NCBI RefSeq assembly: GCF_009914755.1
Contig: NC_060948.1
Reading direction: 5' to 3' (one strand)
Source of the DNA: the human T2T-CHM13v2.0 reference genome, Homo sapiens
Length of the DNA stretch: 64,000 nt
Made by a program: the position numbers and the translations under genes. Shown here piece after piece: positions 54,201-64,000 of the stretch; positions within the stretch are counted from its first letter, which is position 1, and the number at the start of each line of letters is the position of its first letter. The notes beneath the pieces are model-generated. The model was not told the DNA's origin. It searched no databases and saw only the letters and a list, made by a program, of their open reading frames with translations.

Positions 54201-55930
54201 AATGGAGTGCAGTGCAATGGAATGGAATGGAATGGAATGCAATGGAATGGAATGGAATGGAATGGAATGGAATGGAATGGAATGGAATGGAATGGGATGG
54301 AATGGTATGGAATGGATAGTAATGGACTGGAGTGAAATGGACTGGAAAGGAATGGACTCAAATTGAAAGGGCTCGAAAGGAATGCAGTCAAATGCAATGG
54401 TCTGGAATGGAATGAACACGAATGTATTGCAATACAATAGAATGGAATCGAATGGCATGGAATATAAAGAAATGGAATCGAAGAGAATGGAAACAAATGG
54501 AATGGAATTGAATGGAATGGAATTCAATAGAATGGGAACGAATGGAATGAAATTGTATGCAGTAGAAGGGAATAGAATGGAATGCAAGCGAAAGGAAAGG
54601 AATGGATTGGAATGGAATGGAATTCATTGGAATGGAAGGGAATGTAGTGTAATGGACAGGCCTGGAATAAAGTGGAATGCTACGGTCTCGAATGGAATAA
54701 AAATGTATGGAATGGAATGCAATGAAACGGAATCGAATGTCATAGAATGTAATGGAATGCAAAAAAATGGAATCCAAAATCATTGACTGGAAAGGCTGGG
54801 TGTCGAAAGGAATTGACTCCAATGGAATGGAATCAAATGGAATGGAAGTGAATAGAATCGAACTAAATCGAATGGAATGGAATTGATAGGAACGGAATGG
54901 AAAGGAATGCAATGATTTGGCATGGAATGGAATCGAATGGCATCGAATGGAATGGAATGGAATGCAATGGAATGGAATGTATTAGAATGTAATGAACTTT
55001 AATGGAATGTACTCGAATGGATTCGACTGGAATGGAATGTTGTGGAAGTGAATGGACTCCAATGGAATGGATTCAAAAGGAATGGAATCGTACGGAATGG
55101 AATCTAATGGAATGGAATTAAATGGAAATGAATCAAATTGAATAGCACGGAATTGAATTGAATGGAATGGAATGCAATGGAATCTAATGAAACGGAAAGG
55201 AAAGGAATGGAATGGAATGGAATGGGCTGGAATGGAAAGGAATCGAAACGAATGGAATGGAATCGAACTGAAGAGACTGGAATGGAATGCACTGGAATGG
55301 AAGGGAGTGTAATGGAAGGTTCTCGAAAAAAATGGAATCGAATGGAATGGAATTGAATGGAACGGAATAGAGTCGAATGGAATTGAATGGAATGGAATGG
55401 ACTAGAGTGAAATGGAATCGAACCACAAGGAATGGACAGGAATAGAATGGTCTCGAATTGAATGGAATCGTATGGAATGGCATCAAACGGAATGGAATGG
55501 ACAGCCACGGAATGGAATGCACTCGAATGCAATGGAGTCGAAACTAATGGACTGGAATAGAATGGACTCGACTGGTACGGACTCCAATGGAATGGAATCG
55601 AATGGAAGGGAATCGAACGGAATGGACTCGAAGGGAAAAGACTGCAATGGAAAGGTCTCGAATGGAATGGAAATTAATGGAATGGAATGGAATCGAATGA
55701 AAAGGAGTCAAAAGGAATGGAATCGAATGGCAAGAAATCGAATGTAATGGAATCGCAAGGAATTGATGTGAACGGAACGGAATGGAATGGAATCCAAAGG
55801 AATGGAATAGAATGGAATGGAATCGAATGGAAAGGACTCGAATGGAAATCACTCGAATAGAATGCAATTTAATAAAATAGGATCAAATGTAATGGAATGG
55901 AATGGAAAGGAATCGAAACGAAAGGAATGG
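45261..55930 (+). repeat. Three-unit higher-order block, copy 2 (boundaries approximate, +/-200 bp)
   Basis: Unit lengths are 3529, 3569, 3573. It shares GAAGGTCCTCG, GAATACAC, GAACGTAATAG, GTGCCATG, a 1-bp deletion and two extra EcoRI sites with copy 1. Confidence 0.85.
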
Positions 55931-58900
55931 AGACAGATGGAATGGAATGGAACAGAGAGCAATGGTATAGAATGGAATGGAATCATCTGGAATGGAATTG
56001 AATGGAATGGAATAATATGAAATGGAATGGAATGGAATGGAATGGAATGCCCTTGAATTAAATGGACTGGAGTGGAATGGACTCGAACAGAGTGGAATGG
56101 AAAGTGTTGAGATAGAATGGAATGGACTCCTTTGGAATGGTGTAGTATGCAATGCAATCGACTGGCAGGGAATCAAAAGGAATGTAATGGAATGGATTGG
56201 ACTGGAATGCAATGGACTCGAATAGATTGGAAACGGAATGCAAAGGAATGGAATGGAATAGTATGGAATGGAATGGAAAGGAATGGAGTGGAATAGACTA
56301 GAGTGGAATGGAATGGACTGGAAAGCAATGGACTGGAATGGAACTTTCTTGAATGGACTGGAATCAAACGGAATGGAATGCAATGCAATCAAATGGCATG
56401 GAATAAAATAGAATGAAAGAGAATCAAATGGAATTGAATCGAATGGAATCTAATGGATTGGAAAGGAATAGAATGGAATGGAATGGAATGGACTAGAATG
56501 GAATGGATTCGAATGGAAGGCAAAGGAATGGAATCTATTGGAATGGACTGTAATGGAATGGAATGGAAGGGATTGGAATGGACTCGAATGGAATGGACTG
56601 CAATAGAAAGGATTCGAATGGAATGAAAAAGAATTGAATGGAATAGAACAGAATGGAATCAAATCGAATGAAATGGAATGGAATAGAAAGGAATGGAATG
56701 AAATGGAATGGAAAGGATTCGAATGGAATGCAATCGAATGGAATGGAATCGAACGGAATGGAATAAAATGGAAGAAAACTGGCAAGAAATGGAATCGAAA
56801 TGAATGGAGTGTTATGGAACGGACTCAAAAGGAATTGAATGTAATAGAATGGAGTGGAGTGGATTCGAATATAATGGACTGGAATGGAATGAAATCACAT
56901 GGAATGGGAACGAATGGAATGGAATGGAAAGGAATGGAATCGAATGGAAAGGAATCGAATGGAAGGGAATGCAATTGAATCAACAGGAATGGAAGGGAAT
57001 AGAATAGACGGTAATGGAATGGACTCGAATAGAATGGACACGAATGCTCAAATTGAATGGACTCGAATGGAATGGAAATGAAAGGAATGTCATCGAATGG
57101 AATTGAATCGATTGGAATGAAATCGCATAGAATGGAGTGGAATCAAATGGAATTGAATCGAAAGGAAAGGAAGCGAATGGACTGAAATGAAATGGAATGG
57201 AATTGAATGGAAAGTAATGCAATGGAATAGAATGGAACGAAATTTCACGGAATGGAATCAAACTGAATGGAATCAAATCAATGGAATCAAATCAAATGGA
57301 ATGGAAAGGAATTGAATGGAGTAGATTGGATTGGATGGGATTGGAATGAAATGTACTGGAAAGGACTCGAATTTCATGAAACGGAATGGAATGAATTGGA
57401 ACGGAATGGACTCGAATGGAATGGAATGTCATGGAATGGCATCAAATGGAATGGCATCAAATGGAATGGAATCGAATGCAATGGAATGCTATGGAATGGA
57501 ATGGAATGCATTGGAATGGAATGTCCTCTAATGGAATGGATTCGAGTGGAATGGAATCGAATATAATGGAGTCGAATGAAATGGAATTGAAAGCAATGGG
57601 ATCGAATACAATGGAATATACTGGAATGTAATGTAATGAACTCGAATGTAATTGACTGGAATGGAATGTACATGAATGGAATGTAATCGAATGGAAAGTA
57701 ATCCAATGGAATAGAATCTAATGCAATAAAATCGACTCAGATAGAGTAGAATGTAATGGAATGGAGTGCAGAGCAATGGAATGGAATGGAATGGAATGGA
57801 ATGGAATGGAATGGAATGGAATGGAATGGAATGGAATGTGATGGGATGGAATGGTATGGAATGGATAGTAATGGACTGGAGTGAAATGGACTGGAAAGGA
57901 ATGGACTCAAATTGAAAGGGCTGGAAAGGAATGGAGTCAAATGGAATGGTCTGGAATGGAATGAACACGAATGTAATGCAATCCAATAGAATGGAATCGA
58001 ATGGCATGGAATAAAAAGAAATGGAATCGAAGAGAATGGAAACAAATGGAATGGAATTGAATGGAATGGAATTGAATGGAATGGGAACGAATGGAGTGAA
58101 ATTGTATGCAGTAGAAGGGAATAGAATGGAATGCAAGCGAAAGGAAAGGAATGGATTGGAATGGAATGGAATTCATTGGAATGGAAGGGAATGTAGTGTA
58201 ATGGACAGGCCTGGAATAAAGTGGAATGCTACGGTCTCGAATGGAATAAAAATGTATGGAATGGAATGCAATGAAACGGAATCGAATGTCATAGAATGTA
58301 ATGGAATGCAAAAAAATGGAATCCAAAATCATTGACTGGAAAGGCTGGGTGTCGAAAGGAATTGACTCCAATGGAATGGAATCGAATGGAATGGAAGTGA
58401 ATAGAATCGAACTAAATCGAATGGAATGGAATTGATAGGAACGGAATGGAAAGGAATGCAATGATTTGGCATGGAATGGAATCGAATGGCATCGAATGGA
58501 ATGGAATGGAATGCAATGGAATGGAATGTATTAGAATGTAATGAACTTTAATGGAATGTACTCGAATGGATTCGACTGGAATGGAATGTTCTGGAAGTGA
58601 ATGGACTCCAATGGAATGGATTCAAAAGGAATGGAATCGTACGGAATGGAATCTAATGGAATGGAATTAAATGGAAATGAATCAAATTGAATAGCACGGA
58701 ATTGAATTGAATGGAATGGAATGCAATGGAATCTAATGAAACGGAAAGGAAAGGAATGGAATGGAATGGAATGGGCTGGAATGGAAAGGAATCGAAACGA
58801 ATGGAATGGAATCGAACTGAAGAGACTGGAATGGAATGCACTGGAATGGAAGGGAGTGTAATGGAAGGTTCTCGAAAAAAATGGAATCGAATGGAATGGA

Positions 58901-61900
58901 ATTGAATGGAACGGAATAGAGTCGAATGGAATTGAATGGAATGGAATGGACTAGAGTGAAATGGAATCGAACCACAAGGAATGGACAGGAATAGAATGGT
59001 CTCGAATTGAATGGAATCGTATGGAATGGCATCAAACGGAATGGAATGGACAGCCACGGAATGGAATGCACTCGAATGCAATGGAGTCGAAACTAATGGA
59101 CTGGAGTAGAATGGACTCGACTGGTACGGACTCCAATGGAATGGAATCGAATGGAAGGGAATCGAACGGAATGGACTCGAAGGGAAAAGACTGCAATGGA
59201 AAGGTCTCGAATGGAATGGAAATTAATGGAATGGAGTGGAATCGACTGAAATGGAGTCAAAAGGAATGGAATCGAATGGCAAGAAATCGAATGTAATGGA
59301 ATCGCAAGGAATTGATGTGAACGGAACGGAATGGAATGGAATCCAAAGGAATGGAATAGAATGGAATGGAATCGAATGGAAAGGACTCGAATGGAAATCA
59401 CTCGAATAGAATGCAATTTAATAAAATAGGATCAAATGTAATGGAATGGAATGGAAAGGAATCGAAACGAAAGGAATGGAGACAGATGGAATGGAATGGA
59501 ACAGAGAGCAATGGTATAGAATGGAATGGAATCATCTGGAATGGAATTGAATGGAATGGAATAATATGAAATGGAATGGAATGGAATGGAATGGAATGCC
59601 CTTGAATTAAATGGACTAGAATGGAATGGACTCGAACAGAGTGGAATGGAAAGTGTTGAGATAGAATGGAATGGACTCCTTTGGAATGGTGTAGTATGCA
59701 ATGCAATCGACTGGCAGGGAATCAAAAGGAATGTAATGGAATGGATTGGACTGGAATGCAATGGACTCGAATAGATTGGAAACGGAATGCAAAGGAATGG
59801 AATGGAATAGTATGGAATGGAATGGAAAGGAATGGAGTGGAATAGACTAGAGTGGAATGGAATGGACTGGAAAGCAATGGACTGGAATGGAACTTTCTTG
59901 AATGGACTGGAATCAAACGGAATGGAATGCAATGCAATCAAATGGCATGGAATAAAATAGAATGAAAGAGAATCAAATGGAATTGAATCGAATGGAATCG
60001 AATGGATTGGAAAGGAATAGAATGGAATGGAATGGAATTGACTCAAATGGAATGGACTAGAATGGAATGGATTCGAATGGAAGGCAAAGGAATGGAATCT
60101 ATTGGAATGGACTGTAATGGAATGGAATGGAAGGGATTGGAATGGACTCGAATGGAATGGACTGCAATAGAAAGGATTCGAATGGAATGAAAAAGAATTG
60201 AATGGAATAGAACAGAATGGAATCAAATCGAATGAAATGGAATGGAATAGAAAGGAATGGAATGAAATGGAATGGAAAGGATTCGAATGGAATGCAATCG
60301 AATGGAATGGAATCGAACGGAATGGAATAAAATGGAAGAAAACTGGCAAGAAATGGAATCGAAATGAATGGAGTGTTATGGAACGGACTCAAAAGGAATT
60401 GAATGTAATAGAATGGAGTGGAGTGGACTCGAATATAATGGACTGGAATGGAATGAAATCACATGGAATGGGAACGAATGGAATGGAATGGAAAGGAATG
60501 GAATCGAATGGAAAGGAATCGAATGGAAGGGAATGCAATTGAATCAACAGGAATGGAAGGGAATAGAATAGACGGTAATGGAATGGACTCGAATAGAATG
60601 GACACGAATGCTCAAATTGAATGGACTCGAATGGAATGGAAACGAAAGGAATGTCATCGAATGGAATTGAATCGATTGGAATGAAATCGCATAGAATGGA
60701 GTGGAATCAAATGGAATTGAATCGAAAGGAAAGGAAGCGAATGGACTGAAATGAAATGGAATGGAATTGAATGGAAAGTAATGCAATGGAATAGAATGGA
60801 ACGAAATTTCACGGAATGGAATCAAACTGAATGGAATCAAATCAATGGAATCAAATCAAATGGAATGGAAAGGAATTGAATGGAGTAGATTGGATTGGAT
60901 GGGATTGGAATGAAATGTACTGGAAAGGACTCGAATTTCATGAAACGGAATGGAATGAATTAGAACGGAATGGACTCGAATGGAATGGAATGTCATGGAA
61001 TGGCATCAAATGGAATGGCATCAACTGGAATGGAATAGAATGCAATGGAATGCTAAGGAATGGAATGGAATGCATTGGAATGGAATGTCCTCTAATGGAA
61101 TGGATTCGAGTGGAATGGAATCGAATATAATGGAGTCGAATGAAATGGAATTGAAAGGAATGGGATCGAATACAATGGAATATACTGGAATGTAATGTAA
61201 TGAACTCGAATGTAATTGACTGGAATGGAATGTACATGAATGGAATGTAATCGAATGGAAAGTAATCCAATGGAATAGAATCTAATGCAATAAAATCGAC
61301 TCAGATAGAGTAGAATGTAATGGAATGGAGTGCAGTGCAATGCAATGGAATGGAATGGAATGCAATGGAATGGAATGGAATGGAATGGAATGGAATGGGA
61401 TGGAATGGTATGGAATGGATAGTAGTGGACTGGAGTGAAATGGACTGGAAAGGAATGGACTCAAATTGAAAGGGCTCGAAAGGAATGGAGTCAAATGCAA
61501 TGGTCTGGAATGGAATGAACACGAATGTAATGCAATCCAATAGAATGGAATCGAATGGCATGGAATATAAAGAAATGGAATCGAAGAGAATGGAAACAAA
61601 TGGAATGGAATTGAATGGAATGGAATTGAATGGAATGGGAACGAATGGAGTGAAATTGTATGCAGTAGAAGGGAATAGAATGGAATGCAAGCGAAAGGAA
61701 AGGAATGGATTGGAATGGAATGGAATTCATTGGAATGGAAGGGAATGTAGTGTAATGGACAGGCCTGGAATAAAGTGGAATGCTACGGTCTCGAATGGAA
61801 TAAAAATGTATGGAATGGAATGCAATGAAACGGAATCGAATGTCATAGAATGTAATGGAATGCAAAAAAATGGAATCCAAAATCATTGACTGGAAAGGCT

Positions 61901-64000
61901 GGGTGTCGAAAGGAATTGACTCCAATGGAATGGAATCGAATGGAGTGGAAGTGAATAGAATCGAACTAAATCGAATGGAATGGAATTGATAGGAACGGAA
62001 TGGAAAGGAATGCAATGATTTGGCATGGAATGGAATCGAATGGCATCGAATGGAATGGAATGGAATGCAATGGAATGGAACGTATTAGAATGTAATGAAC
62101 TTTAATGGAATGTACTCGAATGGATTCGACTGGAATGGAATGTTCTGGAAGTGAATGGACTTCAATGGAATGGATTCAAAAGGAATGGAATCGTACGGAA
62201 TGGAATCTAATGGAATGGAATTAAATGGAAATGAATCAAATTGAATAGCATGGAATTGAATTGAATGGAATCGAATGCAATGGAATCTAATGAAACGGAA
62301 AGGAAAGGAATGGAATGGAATGGAATGGGCTGGAATGGAAAGGAATCGAAACGAATGGAATGGAATCGAACTGAAGAGACTGGAATGGAATGCACTGGAA
62401 TGGAAGGGAGTGTAATGGAAGGTTCTCGAAAAAAATGGAATCGAATGGAATGGAATTGAATGGAACGGAATAGAGTCGAATGGAATTGAATGGAATGGAA
62501 TGGACTAGAGTGAAATGGAATCGAACCACAAGGAATGGACAGGAATAGAATGGTCTCGAATTGAATGGAATCGTATGGAATGGCATCAAACGGAATGGAA
62601 TGGACAGCCACGGAATGGAATGCACTCGAATGCAATGGAGTCGAAACTAATGGACTGGAATAGAATGGACTCGACTGGTACGGACTCCAATGGAATGGAA
62701 TCGAATGGAAGGGAATCGAACGGAATGGACTCGAAGGGAAAAGACTGCAATGGAAAGGTCTCGAATGGAATGGAAATAAATGGAATGGAATGGAATCGAA
62801 TGAAATGGAGTCAAAAGGAATGGAATCGAATGGCAAGAAATCGAATGTAATGGAATCGCAAGGAATTGATGTGAACGGAACGGAATGGAATGGAATCCAA
62901 AGGAATGGAATAGAATGGAATGGAATCGAATGGAAAGGACTCGAATGGAAATCACTCGAATAGAATGCAATTTAATAAAATAGGACCAAATGTAATGGAA
63001 TGGAATGGAAAGGAATCGAAACGGAAGGAATGGAGACAGATGGAATGGAATGGAACAGAGAGCAATGGTATAGAATGGAATGGAATCATCTGGAATGGAA
63101 TGGAATGGAATGGAATGAAATGCCCTTGAATTAAATGGACTGGAATGGAATGGACTCGAACAGAGTGGAATGGAAAGTGTTGAGATAGAATGGAATGGAC
63201 TCTTTTGGAATGGTCTAGTATGCAATGCAATCGACTGGCAGGGAATCAAAAGGAATGTAATCGAATGGATTGGACTGGAATGCAATGGACTCGAATAGAT
63301 TGCAAACGGAATGCAAAGGAATGGAATGGAATAGTATGGAATGGAATGGAAAGGAATGGAGTGGAATAGACTAGAGTGGAATGGAATGGACTGGAAAGAA
63401 ATGGACTGGAATGGAACTTTCTTGAATGGACTGGAATCAAACGGAATGGAATGCAATGCAATCAAATGGAATGGAATAAAATAGAATGAAAGAGAATCAA
63501 ATGGAATTGAATCGAATGGAATCGAATGGATTGGAAAGGAATAGAATGGAATGGAATGGAATTGACTCAAATGGAATGGACTAGAATGGAATGGATTCGA
63601 ATGGAAGGCAAAGGAATGGAATCTATTGGAATGGACTGTAATGGAATGGAATGGAAGGGATTGGAATGGACTCGAATGGAATGGACTGCAATAGAAAGGA
63701 TTCGAATGGAATGAAAAAGAATTGAATGGAATAGAACAGAATGGAATCAAATCGAATGAAATGGAATGGAATAGAAAGGAATGGAATGAAATGGAATGGA
63801 AAGGATTCGAATGGAATGCAATCGAATGGAATGGAATCGAACGGAATGGAATAAAATGGAAGAAAACTGGCAAGAAATGGAATCGAAATGAATGGAGTGT
63901 TATGGAACGGACTCAAAAGGAATTGAATGTAATAGAATGGAGTGGAGTGGACTCGAATATAATGGACTGGAATGGAATGAAATCACATGGAATGGGAACG

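Larger units (their letters stand above)
1..64000 (+). repeat. DYZ1: Human Satellite 3 array, DYZ1 (Yq12 heterochromatin), ~18 tandem copies of a ~3.55 kb unit of diverged GGAAT pentamers
   Basis: GGAAT/GAATG pentamers run end to end on the + strand. The landmark AGGCCT (StuI/HaeIII) recurs at 1351, 4915, 8514, 12058, 15607, 19171, 22714, 26248, 29812, 33326, 36855, 40424, 43987, 47516, 51085, 54658, 58207 and 61761. Spacings: 3564, 3599, 3544, 3549, 3564, 3543, 3534, 3564, 3514, 3529, 3569, 3563, 3529, 3569, 3573, 3549, 3554. The classic cloned DYZ1 unit is 3564 bp and was defined as the male-specific ~3.4 kb HaeIII/EcoRI band. Confidence 0.96.

Noticed and set aside
62647-63873. Longest ORF, 408 aa on the minus strand
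   Set aside because: It is a fusion produced by the private 30-bp deletion and a point change that remove stops; no recognisable domain.
53-63916. Hundreds of ORFs (MEWNG-like on +, HSIPF-like on -; up to 300-318 aa, recurring every unit)
   Set aside because: A 5-bp repeat translates to a 5-residue repeat in every frame, and the pure pentamer has no stop codon. The ORFs are low-complexity, overlap in all frames, and are freely broken or fused by 5-bp indels.
1-64000. CRISPR-like or other prokaryotic repeat-spacer system
   Set aside because: There are no unique spacers, no constant 25-45 bp direct repeat and no cas-like genes; the sequence is a eukaryotic satellite.
1-64000. Embedded Alu/L1 insertion, DYZ2 block, strand inversion or foreign insert
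   Set aside because: Landmark spacing stays within 3514-3599 bp throughout, leaving no room for an insert, and the GGAAT strand never flips.
1-64000. HSat2, or an autosomal HSat3 array (chr9, chr15, acrocentrics)
   Set aside because: The HSat2 CATTCGATTC-based 23/26-bp organisation is absent. The ~3.56 kb period with single StuI/EcoRI sites and the DYZ1 primer sites point to Yq12.
1-64000. Abundant TCGA (TaqI) CpGs and GGAATG TEAD motifs as a novel feature
   Set aside because: Both are intrinsic, already described properties of HSat3/DYZ1 and are not specific to this window.

Overview
The whole 64 kb window is one uninterrupted, single-orientation array of human Satellite 3, built from diverged (GGAAT)n pentamers. 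It has a ~3.55 kb higher-order unit (about 18 copies, 3514-3599 bp, with 3564 bp occurring three times) and one StuI/HaeIII and normally one EcoRI site per unit. This matches DYZ1 of the human Yq12 heterochromatin. I see no protein-coding genes, RNA genes, Alu/L1 insertions or DYZ2 blocks; all ORFs are artefacts of the pentamer repeat. Structure worth noting: (i) three perfect heat-shock elements (GAAnnTTCnnGAA) at fixed positions in each unit, with copy-specific losses; (ii) a recent 10.66 kb three-unit tandem duplication (A-A-B-C-A-B-C) carrying apparent gene-conversion patches; (iii) an older two-unit pattern; (iv) a hypervariable pure (TGGAA)n tract that drives most unit-length variation; (v) an AP-1 site removed by the same 15-bp deletion in several copies. 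All coordinates and counts were read by eye, not computed.
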